From Lama guanicoe (taxonomy: Eukaryota), in the NCBI GenBank assembly GCA_013239625.1, contig MU053561.1, forward strand, positions 4,943,214 through 5,007,213: 64,000 nucleotides of DNA. Direction: 5' to 3'. Positions 11,483 to 24,368 of the stretch are shown here, piece after piece. A model generated the notes under the pieces. That model was not told the DNA's origin. It made no database searches and worked only from the letters and a program-made list of their open reading frames with translations. A program made the translations under genes and the position numbers. How positions within the stretch are numbered: the stretch's first letter is position 1; every line of letters begins with the position of its first letter.

Positions 11483-14179
11483 TAGACACTGTATGGTCCA
11501 GAGAGACTCAGAAGCAACAGTGGGGGACCCCACATCCAGAGGGTTTAAAGTGGTATGCTTGCTTGTCAGTGTGCTTTTCTTTGTTTTCCCATAATTTTAT
11601 TTTTTATTGAGTTAGAGATTAGGTTATCCAGTGTTAGCCAAAATAGCCCTCATAAAATAGACAAGTGGTTTAAAAGGATTCCTGTGGTTTGAAGTTAATA
11701 CCAATAATATAAGCCTGAGTGAGTCGTAAGAAAGAGACAAAACTGACATTTCTGCTCCCGATACGAGTTCTGCATCTGCCACATTCTGCAGTAAAACAAC
11801 GATGATCTAATCAGATCTGACAGGACATTAGCCAAAAGAAAAGAAAAGAAAAGAAATTATCAGAAACACTTTTTGAAATGTGGGTTCACATTCATTTTTA
11901 TTAGGAATGAATGTCACCCTTGGGGCTTTGAGGCATTAGTGAGTTATGGTGGTGCATGTGTATAATTCACACATACTTAGGAAGAGCAGGTCTGCTCATT
12001 GCAGGGACCCAGGGGCCCTTGCTGATGGAGCTGCCTCCAGTTCAAATGCTCTGCAGGCTCTCACACCAGCGATTAAGTGCTCCCGTGTGAAAGTGTCATG
12101 TGTTTCCTTTGTTTCCAACTCATTGGCCCAAACCAATTCTGTGGGTCCAAACACAAGGAGACCCGGAAGCGCCATCCTGGCAAACAGGACGAGGGACCTG
12201 ATTCCTGATTCCCTTTTCTTCACCAGTTGCACTATCTCCTGCCCATCTGGGGTCATGATGGTTGCAAAACACAGACAAATCTGGACGCTCTGTGCCAGAG
12301 AAAGCTGTCCAGGTAAGCCTGTTTCGCTCAGAAAAAATCCTGCCTGGGCTTTGAAATGCATTTGAATATGAAGATGTCTTATGTTTGGAGAAACTGCAGA
12401 GCTTCTGAACAGATGATACCGTCAAACCATGAAGAAAACCCCTAGAAAACTTGCCTAACTCTCCCAAGTCAACCCTATTCTGTGCCGGGAAATGGCTGCC
12501 TCCCTTCTTAGCTTTACATAAAGAACTGAGCCAAAGAGATCTTTTCTCACCCTTCCCTTCCTGGCTTCAGTGGAATGAAGAGTGAGTAAAGTTGGTCAAT
12601 ATCGCATTGAAGAATGGGTTTAACCAGTGGAGGCGATCGTGCCAAGGAGAACCCAGAAGCAAGGAAAAAATAAATCCCAGTACAGATCATATGTCCGAAG
12701 AGAATCCAGAGTTACTAGGGAACATTTTCCACCTACAGAGGTTATATATACACCCTGATTTTTAAAAAGACCACAGCACCAAGTGGTCTAATAAGCATCA
12801 CTGAAGAAATAAGTTCTTGGTGGCCCCATAGAAATGTGTCAGAGCTGAGTCTCACATGAAGCAAACTTCATTCACATTTAATACTGAGTAAATGAGTGGG
12901 AAACAAAAGGCAGTGTTTAATTAGGATGTAATTATTCATCCATAGTGGGATCCCAGCACCATTGTGTTCATTAGAGGAACATCATCTCTTCATTAGCAAC
13001 TAGAATTGTGTCCCAATTTTACCTGCCTGGGGACCAGTGATGTTTAGAAGGAACAGCAGCTGCTCCTCAGGGAGGAGACAGCATGACAGGCAAGGAAAAG
13101 TGGTTTTGGGGGGTATTTGCCCTTTAGGGGCTGGCAGCCTGGCCAGCAGATGAACAAGGGAGTCTTGGCTGTGGGCAATTGTGTTGTGCCAAGAGTATGG
13201 CCAGTTTGGCCTACTGAATTTATACCAAAGCTGGGATTTAAAGAAATGTACCTAAATATGAAATTTGGAGGGCTTAGCAGTGTCTTCTGAAAAGTTCTTC
13301 TGGAAAAACCCTGGACTAGGTTACGTGCCTTGCCATGGTGCATGCCATGACCTTGTACCTGTTCCAGTGCTGTCGTTAGAAAAGCATAATTGTGTAAGCA
13401 TGATTGCTTGCTTGTTCTCTGCCCATTGGACTAGGAGCTCCCCGAGAGTGGAGACTGCATCCTATTCAGTGCCATCCCCTGGTGTGTGACACGTAACACA
13501 TGCTTGACATACTTGATTGAAAGGAGGGGTGATGGGGTGACTCATTCCCAAGTCTCTATTGAAAACCCTTTTGAAATACCCTGGAGGACCTAGTGCTAGG
13601 CTGTGTCAGCTTTGTTTATAGCAGGGCTCCTTAACCTGGAGTCTTTGTACTCCATGGGAGGGGGTGCAGTTCATGCATGGGATTCAGGCTAGGGTGGGTA
13701 AATTTGATGAAATTGAATATAGTATTTTATGTGCATGTTCATTGTTCTGGAGAGGGTGCCCATAGCTTTTTTATCAGCTTTTCAAAATGGTTCATGACCA
13801 CAAAAAGCATACAAAATTCATGTGCTTATGTAATCTTTGGCCTTGACCATAGTGGAGAAGGTGGGGATGGGAGTGAGTTCTGGTTTTGTAGGGCAGCACC
13901 AGCCATCTGCTGGAGATACTGAGTGGTAGACAGTCCCTTCCAGGCCCTTAACCTCTGCAGATCATGTGTCCCTCGACCCAGTGTTTCCCAAACACAATGA
14001 GATAAACACATGTCTCAATTTGAGTTCTAATCTTGGAGTTTTGCCATTTGGGATTTTAGAAGGCTGTGGGCAGAAGAGACCTTAGAAAATGGCAGTCCCA
14101 AAGAGAAATGATCAGAGATGCTGAACACAAAGGAGATGCAAAGGTTGCCTTGTGATGTATGAAAAATTGCTGTGTGTGG

Positions 14180-14360
14180 GAGGCTCTGGAAGGTAGAACC
14201 CAGTCAATAGGTGAATGTGACGGTTAAGTCCTCACAGGGAAAGAAACTTCTCCCAGTTAAAACTGCTTAAAAATGGAATAGTCTGTTTCACAGGTAGTGA
14301 GTTCCTTGTCGCTAGAGAAATGCAAGCAAAGGTTGAATGAACAAATATCCAGGATACAGT
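14180..14360 (+). mobile_element. CR1/L3 3' remnant
   Basis: GGAAAGAAACTTCTCCCAGTTAAAACTGCTTAAAAATGGAATAGTCTG...AGGTAGTGAGTTCCTTGTCGCTAGAGAAATGCAAGCAAAGGTTGAATGA resembles the L3 3' end. Confidence 0.6.
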
Positions 14361-16002
14361 GGTGGTGGTGGTGGGGGGAGGGTATTGATTCTAAGGCGCT
14401 GAGTTTTTTTTTCCGGTCTCTGCTTCTCAAGTAATTCTGTTCATTTTGAAAGGCATTTCACTTTCCTTAATTTGGGTTCCTGTAAGAAATTCTCTTTCAC
14501 CAGCCTCACCCACAATATCTAAGCTCTTGTCTTCAAGTTGAAGTCAAGGGCTTGTGCAGGCAAGCTGACACTAAATAAACTGATGAGATTCTGAGCAAAA
14601 TCCCTCTGGAAAATATACTGAAATATATTCATCTAAACTATGAAACAGATAAGCAAAATAGCTTTTATTCCAATGTGCTGTTTTCTTGAACATCCTAGAA
14701 GCAACTGCTCTTGAAGAGTGAGCTGTTTGAGCCAAAGGCTTTAAAATGAACGGAATGCAATTTTCTGCCATTTGTGATCAATTTCTAGTCTTTTTATGCA
14801 TATGAAAGTCATAGGGATGCGCATAAGCAAAACTTCTAAACCAGAAGGTTATTTGGACAAATTTCCTCCCGCCATCCCTCTATTGTCTTTTCATGATTAC
14901 AGCTTTTTGTTTTGTACTGAATAACAATAAAATAAAAAATGAGAGCAAATGAGAAGACCAACGATGCAATGTTCCACCAACAATGCAAACAGAATAAAAA
15001 TGTTCTTCAATTTTTGACAAAGAAGAATTTAGTTAAGGGCAAAATCAATTGTGGAACTTTATAAAAAGTGGGTATTGGGAATACTGTAACTTTTCTGAGC
15101 CACACAGGGATTCAAGAATGTTCTTTTTACTTTTAATATATCCTGAGGCATTGTGGACAAATAAGCTCAGTTCAGATCCTTCTTTCTTGGGGGGCTCTGT
15201 TCAGCTGAGTTCCTCATTCAGATGTGGAGCCCAGTCCCCTAAGTCTGGAGGAATCCTGATCTTTTCTGACCTTGCTTCAAGCATATCATGTTTTTGACTT
15301 GTCTTTACACTTGCTTTTCCCTCTTCCTGAAATGTCTGATCCCCAACTCACTGAGGCCACCCTAACAGCAAAGCAGCTCCACCTGCTCCCAATAGCCAGA
15401 TACCATCAATAACATCACCCTTTTCATTTGCATCATAACACTTCTCATTTTCTGATATTATCTTGCATCTTTATTTATGTACTTATATATTATCTGTCTT
15501 CCTTAATTGAAATATAATTGCCATAAAATCCATGCCTGTCTGGTCCATAGCACATTCCCAGCACCAAGAGTCCAACACCATGGACCCCTCCTTGGACCCA
15601 GACTTAGGGTCGGTGCTGTCACACCTCTGCCACTTTCGGACGGTTTTCTCTCTTTCCTTCCTAGAATTCCTCAGCTGCTTTGGCGCATAGGCCATCAGAT
15701 GATGCCACCCAATATCCTCCCTTTTTGTAATTATCTAGTGTCCTTCCTAAAGACTCCCCCATTCACGGACTATTTATGACTTGCTTTACTCACCTTCTCT
15801 GTCTGTCATAATTCCTGGTGGCTTCCATAGCCATATTAAAGCCCCAGGCCTTTCAGTTCCTTGGCTTGCTCTCTGCCCCAGTCCTATTTCCCTCCTTAGA
15901 CACTTCCTCCCATTCGTCTTTACCTATAAAGTCACTCTGACTCCAGCACCCCTCATCCTTCACTTCCCTGCTTGTGACTGCCCCCACTCCTTACCCAGTT
16001 TA

Positions 16003-16005
16003 TTC

Positions 16006-16048
<43 letters not shown>

Positions 16049-17162
16049 TGAAGTATAGTCAATTTACAATGTTGTGTCAATTTCTGGTGTGCAGCATAGT
16101 GATTCAGTCATACATATACCTACATATATTTGTTTCCATATTCTTTTTCATTATAGGTTACTACGAGATATTGAATATAGTTCCCTGTGCTATACAATAG
16201 AAACTCATTGTTTATCTATTTTATATATAGTAGTTAGTATCTGCAAATCCCAAACTCCCAATTTATCCCTTCCCACCCCCTTTCCCCTCTGGTAACTATA
16301 AGTTTGTTTTCTACGTCTGTGAGTCTGTTTTTGTTTTGTAAATAAGTTCATTTGGGTCTTTTTTTTTTCTTAAGATTCCATATATGAGTTATGATATCAT
16401 GTGGTGTCTTTCTTGCTCTTTCTGGCTTGCTTCACTTAAAATGATGATCTCCAAGTCCACCCATGTTGCAGCAAATGGCATTATTTTATTCTTTTTCATA
16501 GCAGAGTAGTATTCATATCTATTTAGATATATAGATATAGATATAGATATTCCATGTCTTGGCTATTGTAAATAGTGCTGCTATGAACATTGGGGTACAT
16601 GTATCTTTTCAAATTAAAGCTCCTTCTGGATATATGCCCAGGAGTGGGATTGCTGGATCATATGGTAAGTCTATTTTTAGTCTTTTGAGGAATCTCCATA
16701 CTGTTTTCCACAGTGTCTGTGCCAAATTACATTTCCACCGACAATGTAGGAGGGTTCCCTTTTCTCCACACCCTCTCTAGCATTTATTGTTTGTGGACTT
16801 TTGAATGATGTCTTTTCTGATTGGTGTTAGATGATACCTCATTGCAGTTTTGATTTGCATTTCTCTGATAATTGAGCATTTTTTCATGTGCCTATTGGCC
16901 GTTTGTATGTCTTCACTAGAGACTTCCCTGTTTAGGTTTTCTGCTCATTTTTGGATCGGGTTGTTTGCTTTTTGTTATTAAGCTGTATGAGCTGATTATA
17001 TATTCTGGAATTTAAGCCCTTGTCAGTCGCATCATTTGCAAATATTTTCTCTCATTCTGTAGGTTGTCTTTTTGTTTTGCTTATCGTTTCCTTTGCTGTG
17101 CAAGAGCTTATAAGTTTAATTAGGCCCCATTTGTTTATTTTTGCTTTTATTTCTATTGCCTC
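16003..17162 (-). mobile_element. ~1.16-kb 5'-truncated L1 (ORF2 C-terminal remnant + 3' UTR), perfect 16-bp TSD
   Basis: CTCCTTACCCAGTTTA at 15987-16002 and 17163-17178; (TTA)n-converted tail ~16009-16047; typical antisense L1 text such as GTGCTGCTATGAACATTGGGGTACATGTATCTTTTC. Confidence 0.93.
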
Positions 17163-17803
17163 CTCCTTACCCAGTTTAGATTCCCATATCCATCCTTAGA
17201 ACCAGCACCTTGCGTCATTGTAATAAACTACCTTGCTTTGTCTCATTCTTGGTATTTGTTTGGCAAAATTCCAACCCTGATTAAATCCAACTCTTCCTAC
17301 TCCTCCCCTGCAATTGTAGCTAAAAACACACACACACCCCCATATTGATTTCTCTCATTTTAAATTCGTGACCACAAACCTCAAGCAAACCCTCAGTGCT
17401 GCCAGGTAGAGCTCCTACATGCATGTAGTTGATTTACGCTCCTACTCTCCAAGAGGAATCTTTCATACTAACCCCTTATACCTGTGATCTCATCCTCACT
17501 CTCAGCTGATGACCTAGCATCACTGAAAGAACAGAAAGTCCCACTGCTGTGTCCATCTACCCGCCTGCACAGTCAATGCGTAGAGTCCACCTTCCTCCTG
17601 TTACCAGGAATGAAGTGCCTGTGCTGCCATCAAAGGCCACATCCTCTCCCTCAGTACTGGATCTCCACCTCTCCCACTCGAGGGCATCACTTTTGCACAA
17701 ACTCTTCTTTCTGTTGCATCATCACTTTCTCCTCCCCGCTGGGTCATCCTTATCAGCATACAAACATCTGTAATATTTCTCATCTTAAAAATAAAGCTAT
17801 CCT

Positions 17804-18045
17804 GTAGAACAGATAAACTAGATTATACTGTATAGCACAGGGAAATATATACAAGAAATATATACAAGATCACAGGGAAATATATACAAGATTTGCTGTG
17901 GTAGCTCACAGCAAAAAAAAAATGTGACAATGAATGTATGTATGTTCATGTATAACTGAAAAATTGTGCTCTACACTGGAATTTGACACAACATTGTAAA
18001 ATGACTATAACTCAATAAAAATGTTAAAATAAATAAATAGATAGG

Positions 18046-18107
<62 letters not shown>
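17804..18107 (+). mobile_element. L1 3' end with tail expanded into (AAAT)n(AGAT)n(AAGC)n
   Basis: L1 3' UTR (TATACTGTATAGCACAGGGAAATATATACAAG...CATTGTAAAATGACTATAACTCAATAAAA) flanked by AAGCTATCCT at 17794-17803 and 18108-18117. Confidence 0.85.
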
Positions 18108-18111
<4 letters not shown>

Positions 18112-18117
18112 TATCCT

Positions 18118-18279
18118 GGGGGTAGGGCACATAGCTCAGTGGTAGCTTGCGTGTCTAGCAAGTATGAGGTCCTGTGTTCAGTCCCCAGTACTGGCCATTA
18201 AATAAATAAATAAATAAACCTAATTACCTCCCCCCTAAAAAAAGTTTTTTAAAAAATTTTAAAAACATTTTAAAAAAAA
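18118..18279 (+). mobile_element. tRNA-derived SINE (camelid vic-1-like)
   Basis: A-box TAGCTCAGTGGTAG, degenerate B-box, tail AAATAAACCTAATTACCTCCCCCC plus A-rich run; TSD AAGCTATCCT / AAGCTATTCT. Confidence 0.88.
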
Positions 18280-18474
18280 AAGCTATTCTTTAACACTACA
18301 GTCTTCTCCAGCAAGTGCCTCATTGCTCTGTGCCGCCTTAAATCAAAACTCCTTGAAAAATTTGACTGTACTCATTATTTCCACAACTTCACCAATTATT
18401 CTCTCTTGCACGCTCCCCCATCATGTTTTTCTCCCAACCACTCCACCCATAGAGCCATTGTCAAGGTCCCCACT

Positions 18475-18790
18475 TGTCTCAGTCAGCTCAGGCTGCTATT
18501 TTAGAAAATACCATAGACTGGGCAGCTTCATTTCTCAAAGTTCTAGAGGCTGGCAAGTCCGAGACTGAGGTGCTGGCTGGGTAAAGGTTCTGGGTAAAGG
18601 CTCTCTTTCTGGCTTGCAGAGGGCCGTCTTTTTGATGTATCCTCATACGGTGAAGAGAGAGAGAGCTCTTGTCTTTTCTTTTTCTTATGAGGACACTAAT
18701 CCCGTCTCAGGGGCCTCACCCCCATGACCTCATCTGAACCTAACCACCTACATGCAGATTTCCATGGGAGATGACTTAGCATTGGCAACA
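18475..18790 (-). mobile_element. MaLR LTR (MLT1A/B-like)
   Basis: TGTCTCAGTCAGCTCAGGCTGCTA...AAATACCATAGACTGGGCAGC...TTCTAGAGGCTGGCAAGTCCGAGA, ending ...GGCAACA. Confidence 0.7.
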
Positions 18791-19388
18791 AGTACTTGTA
18801 CAATGTGGAAGAGCCTGTGGGAAGTGCTGGGGCCTCCACAGCAGCCTTTGAGTGCCGTGTGGGTAGGCAGGTCTGCAAAGATTGACGTGGAGAGCAACAA
18901 ACAATGCAAGAGATTTCCTGAAGAAGGGTGTGTGCAGGGCACGATATGGCTGAGAGGATTTGGGGAGGGTCCCTAGGTGGGAGAGCACCTTGAGCAAGGA
19001 CTTGGAGGTCACAGACTGGACTGGAAGCCTTCCTCTCTCTTCATGTGTGAGACCTCCCTGGACTTATCCACAGCTTCTCTTGGCCCGTGTGACTAAGACA
19101 AGCCTCTCAGTGCACTCTCCAGGGTCCACGCTAATGCAGCTCTGATCTATTCACAGTAACATTTTACAAATGGCCTGGCATTTCTCTAATGTTGCATTCT
19201 GTTGTCTGCAACCTCTATGCTTCCCTATTGCATGCAACTTAAAATCACCCAGGATGAGGAGCAGGTAGCCCCTTTGGGCCTTGGATCTAAGCTGTTTTCT
19301 CCAATTCAGCATCACCAATAATAAAGCAGATATTTGATCTCTCTCTGATTTCTGTGTCTGTTTCTGATTTAAAAATGGAAGATTTGTA

Positions 19389-19510
19389 GGGGAGGATATA
19401 GCTCAGTGAGTAGAATGCATGCTTAGCATGCACAGGGTCTGGGGTTCAATCCCCAGTCTCCTCATTAAATAAATAAACCTAATTACCAACCCCCCAAATA
19501 AATTAATAAC
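19389..19510 (+). mobile_element. tRNA-derived SINE (camelid vic-1-like)
   Basis: GGGGAGGATATAGCTCAGTGAGTAGAATGCATGCTTAGCATGCACAGGGTCTGGGGTTCAATCCCCAGT...AAATAAACCTAATTACC. Confidence 0.88.
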
Positions 19511-20094
19511 TAAAAACTAAAGACTGGACTTACCAGTCCCCTCTGAAACCCCCAAACCTCTAGAATCAGTTCAAAACGTGGCTCCTTCTGGAAGTCTTCC
19601 CTGACGCCCAGGAGACTCAGTGACTCCATCCTCAGGCTTCTGCTGCTCTTTGCACACAGCTGATAAGGGGCTTAAGTGCCTGTAGCATCCAGCCTGTGTC
19701 TGCTCCTTGTCTGTTCCCCCAGCTCTCAGCTCAGAACAGATGCCCAATAACCATCCTTTCAATCAGGAATGGAAGCCACAGCTTCAGAGCAGCACAAAGG
19801 CTCCGCAAAGCCTCCAGCCCAGTCTGTAGTGACCACGTGAGACCTGTCCCAGAGGATGGCTATTATACACGTCAAAGGGATATCTCTGTCACCAAGGCTC
19901 CAAGACACATTCCCCCAAAGCTCAAGCTTAAAACAATTTTCTGGGGTGCAGGCTTCATCTCTAGAAAATGTAGATTTTCTCCCCATGTCCCCATCCCCAC
20001 CCTACGCTAATGACTACCAGCCTTTTCTCTAGGTCATTCCACTGGGTCACCCAATTTGAATAGAGAAAGCCATTAAAAACCAACCACTTTGGAT

Positions 20095-20420
20095 CCTAAT
20101 TGAAACAAGGCAACTATAAAAAGACACTGTTCAGGCAACAGGGTAATTTGAATATGGGCTGGGTAATACTACAGAATTATTATTTTGTTAGTTTCATTAT
20201 GTATATATATAATACCTATGGTTTTTATCAGTTAGAAGCACATTCAGAAGAATTGATTGATGGGTGAAATGATATAATATCTGTAATTTGCTTTAAAATA
20301 CTTTAGGAAAATAAAGGATGAACTAAGTTGGGAGGATGTTGATAATTTTTGAAGCCAGGAGGTAGGTAGATAGGATCATTTTACCCTCTTACATCTGTTT
20401 GAAATTTCCTATTAGAAAAA
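20095..20420 (+). mobile_element. Ancient L1 (L1ME-like) 3' end
   Basis: AT-rich GGGTGAAATGATATAATATCTGTAATTTGCTTTAAAATACTT...TTTGAAATTTCCTATTAGAAAAA. Confidence 0.6.
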
Positions 20421-22762
20421 GGTCAGTCTCTTGGTTTCTCCCCTCTGGAGACTGCAAACTAACAGAATCGCCCCCAGGTTCCAGGGGGTCACCCCTTCAT
20501 GGAATGCCCTGTGCATTTTTTTGTATGAACGCATTTGTTTCTGTGTACCAGTTCAAGAACTCACAGATCTATTAGTATCACAGCTTCATTAACAACCCTC
20601 AGGTGCAACTTAAAAAAAAGAGCTGGCAATGGTATCAAGCTTTAAAGAATGACAAGGTGATTTTGCAAAGGTCAAGTGATTAGGAGAACCCAAAGGGGGC
20701 CAGCCCCTGACCTAGGGCGTGACCTTCATCACTGTGAGAACATTCTCCTCCCACAGAAGTAGTCACACAAACCAGAGTGGATGAAAGCAGAAGCTCTAGG
20801 CCCTGGGCTTTGCTGACTGTGAGCAGAATTTGCCCCCCCCCGGGGCCTAGCATGAGAGCCCAGGCCCCCCAGCAGTGGGCGTAATTAAGCTAGGAAAGGT
20901 CATCAATTCATAATTTATGTCTAAATGGCTCGATTTAACCAGCAGTCCCCTCCTCCACTGGTGCCCACCTCAGTGTTGAGGGAGAGGGGCCACCTGAAGA
21001 TTTCCATGCTGGTGAAGACACCCGCCTACATTACCTGGGGGCAGAATGCTTCTGCTGGGGCTGAGGACAATTTCTGGAACAAGTCGGTGGGTGAGGTTGG
21101 AGCACGACTGTTCTCATGTGGTTAAGGTGTTCAGTTGGGGGCCTGTAATAGAGGACTTTGTCAAGGCCATCCCCTTATATTTGAGGTAACTCGGTAATCA
21201 CTTACCAAGTCTGAATAATAACCACAGAGCTGCCATTTATTTAGCACTTACTGTAAACTAAGCCTTTTTCAGATATTACCACATTCAATCCTCTTGACAC
21301 CTGTAACAGGTGGTCATACTAACCCCTTTTACAGATGAAGAAATGGAGGCTGGGAGGGGGTTACATACATGGAATGAATCAGGTCCCCAGGATTCATGTC
21401 CATCTCTGACTCCAAGGCCCATGTTTAACCTCTGCTGGGTCTTGCTTATGGACAACTGTCCTGGACTGAAGATGAAGGTCATCCAACTCTCCGGGTGAGT
21501 TTACTATAATCCGAGTTCATGTTTTGATCAGAGAGGTCATCTGAAAGCTGGCAGTGACCGCAAGGAAAGGAAGCTTTCTGCTCTGCCCTAAGTTCTTTCA
21601 TCTTCTTCAAGCCATTCAACCCCACAGCATACCCCCACATCCCCGTGAAGGCAAATCGTGAACTTTCACAAGTGTTTGGTGGCACTTACCCTGGGGCTCG
21701 GCCTGCTTTGTGCTGACCTCACCCTAGCTGGCCTCTGACACTCTGAGTCTGCGGCTGAAACCCTAGCTCTCACCTCTGGCCCTGGTGGCCTGAAGCTTGG
21801 GCCTCTGGAATTACACAAGCAACCAATTGGCTGCTGCTGCAGAGCTGATGGTGAACATCAGGGCCCACACATTCCTGCCACTGAGCTGGTGATCTCTGAG
21901 AACTCAGCCCCAGTGCAGCCCTGATGGCTTAACCTCAGGGGGGCAGGACCCCAGTGAAGTGCCTGTGACTGCACCTGCTCTTTCTGGCTTGAGTGTGGTG
22001 ACTCTGATCAGAGGCTGTGCTTTGGAAATCTAACGACCCCAAGCATTTTTATATGATCTCAAATCCCTTTCTGAGTTATTCATGAGGTCCTCTTTCAAAC
22101 TGCCAGCCTGTCTTCACACCCTGAGAAGACCCCAAGAGGAGGATTCTGTCTTCACTTGGGTGGGAGTATTAAGAGACGGAGAGCTCCTCCTGGAATCAGA
22201 ACATGGAAGTGGTGGCAGGAATCAGCAATAGTTCCCAGGCGAAACTGAACAGAAGAAATGAGGCACGGGGTTCAAGGAAGAGGATTTCCAGAGTGTGAAG
22301 CCAGTCAGGCAACACCTGTCCTGGACTACATCTCTGGGGGCACTGAGCATCAGAGCCAAGGAGACCAGAGAAGGGAAGCAAAGGCCTCCTTGGAGGATCG
22401 GCCCTGGCTCTGGTCCAGGTGACTGAGCTGAGATCTCAAAGCTTTACCTGGTAGATCTTCAAAGCAGTTGCTCTCACCATGCAGCTGATTTTAGAAATTC
22501 CAGGTTGAGGACACGTCCCTTTCCCGTTACGTGGTCCACAAACTTATCCTTTGCTTTTACACACTTTATGGTTCTTCCCTCCCTTACTGGCAAGGAGAAA
22601 CTGATCCAATTAAAAACAGTTCTCCCATCACCAGTGCCAATTTTGAAACTCTTATCTCAGTTAATCTCTTCGATTAAAATTGATTGAGCACCTACCAGGT
22701 AACAGACATTAAACAAGAGCCAGGAAAATCAAGGCAAACAAAACAGATGCAAAACTTGCCCT

Positions 22763-23269
22763 TGTAACAGAAAAGAACAAACCTAACTTCACATTAGATC
22801 TGTTCCTTTGGCTTTAACCCTGTGCTCTGTTTCCTGGGCTAGTTCTGCCCCTTTTGTAAAAGCATGTCACCTATAGCCTGAAATATACAGGATAGCCTAT
22901 TCTCAAGGCTCTGACCTTTAAGGGTATTAACACTTTCCCATTCATATAAAAATAAAAAGTTGCAGAATAGAAAATAACATTTGTTTTGCTGGAAGTTTAC
23001 AGAGACACCATGACTTGACCCAAGTGGACAGCTGCAAGAACAAAGGATTCTCACACCAAGAAGTTTGCAACAAGCACAACCTCTCCCCTTTTTAGTATAA
23101 AAGGAGCCTGAATTATGACTGGGGAAGATGGTTCTGCCATGACATTAGCCTGCCATCTTCTCGGTCTGCTGGCTCTCTGAATAAAGTCGCTATTCCTCGC
23201 TCTAACACCTCATCTCCCGATTTATTGGCCTGTCGTGCAGCAAACAGAATGAGTTTGGATTTAGTAACA
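22763..23269 (+). mobile_element. ERV1-class solo LTR, 507 bp
   Basis: TGTAACA...GTAACA termini (TG...CA), 4-bp TSD CCCT (22759-22762 and 23270-23273), TATAAAA 23096-23102, AATAAA 23180-23185. Confidence 0.9.
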
Positions 23270-24323
23270 CCCTCACACTGCCGATCTGGTCTAGGAGACA
23301 GGTCATTAAGTCATTACCATGAAATCTGAGGGCAGTTAAAGCAGCAGAAATATAGAGTCTATCAAGGGCTCTGGGGGTGGGGGGTGGTCACCCAGATAGG
23401 AAGACAGGAAGATGGGACCCTCCTCTGAAAGCAGATGCTCAAAACAAGGAAAGGCTCAGCATTTGCATCTCTGGGCCTTGTTGGGAATGAGAGAGCCGCT
23501 GGAATTCAGGCAAGTGCATGGGAGTTGCTTTCTTGGCCTAGGAACTGTCTGAGCAGGGTTTGAGGGGTAGCCAGAGGGGACTGAGGAAAGTGGAGCCCAA
23601 GTTCTGCTCACAAACCCAAAGGCAGCCTCCAGGAAAATCTGAATGGCTTTGAGGGAGAGCAACTGTCTTCCCTTTGTCCTGCTGTTTGGTTCTAACAATT
23701 TAATCCAATGAATAATGGAAAGCCCCCCGCCACCTTCCACCCCAGGTTAGCACAGCTGTGAGGAAAATTATTGGTTTTCGGCAATTTTCATGCACAAGAA
23801 TCATAAAGAATTGGAAATGAGACAAGCCAGGCCATCCACTCCTGCTGGGGTTGGAGGCACGCACGCTCATTCTCTGCGGCTTCCCCCGGGGCTGTGGAGC
23901 TACAGCCCAGCTGCCACCCCAATGTCTGCTCTACCTGGAAGTTCTCCCAGCTTCCTGGCCCCACTTCAGCAGCCTCCTGCCCCAAATCTCTCCTCCTTAA
24001 ACCCTAGGCTTAATCATTTCTTCCTCCTGCAGTGTTGTTTGCTCTCTGCGTACACTTTTCCCCTGGGCGGTGGGGTTGGTTTCTGCTCGCCAGGTCAGTG
24101 GGCAACCGAGGAGAAGCCCACTCAGAAACGGAGAGCTCTGGGCTCTGGGTCTCCCCTCCGCGATTTTCTCAGCAGTTTCAAAACTTGTCCCCCTCAATTC
24201 TACAAAGATTGCTGATATTTCAATAGCCTCCCGGAGGGAGAACAAGTCAGAGAAACTGTCAGGTGCTTTCAGGGGCAAGGCTGAGAAAATCCCTGGGGGC
24301 ATGTCTGAACGTAGCCCATGCAG

Positions 24324-24325
<2 letters not shown>

Positions 24326-24364
<39 letters not shown>
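24326..24364. repeat. (TG)19 microsatellite
   Basis: Uninterrupted TG run. Confidence 0.98.

Positions 24365-24368
<4 letters not shown>

Larger units (their letters stand above)
15700..18470 (+). mobile_element. Fragmented L2 element hosting younger insertions
   Basis: Pyrimidine-rich L2-like sequence (e.g. GGCAAAATTCCAACCCTGATTAAATCCAACT, CTCACTCTCAGCTGATGACCTAGC) interrupted by two L1s and a SINE. Confidence 0.6.

Noticed and set aside
15781..16295. Poly-Leu hydrophobic ORFs, and similar ORFs at 1982, 8781 and 10705
   Set aside because: Translations of the (TTA)n tail and antisense L1 3' UTR.
19389..19460. tRNA-like sequences with A and B boxes
   Set aside because: These are SINE heads with A-tails and TSDs; no intact cloverleaf or acceptor stem.
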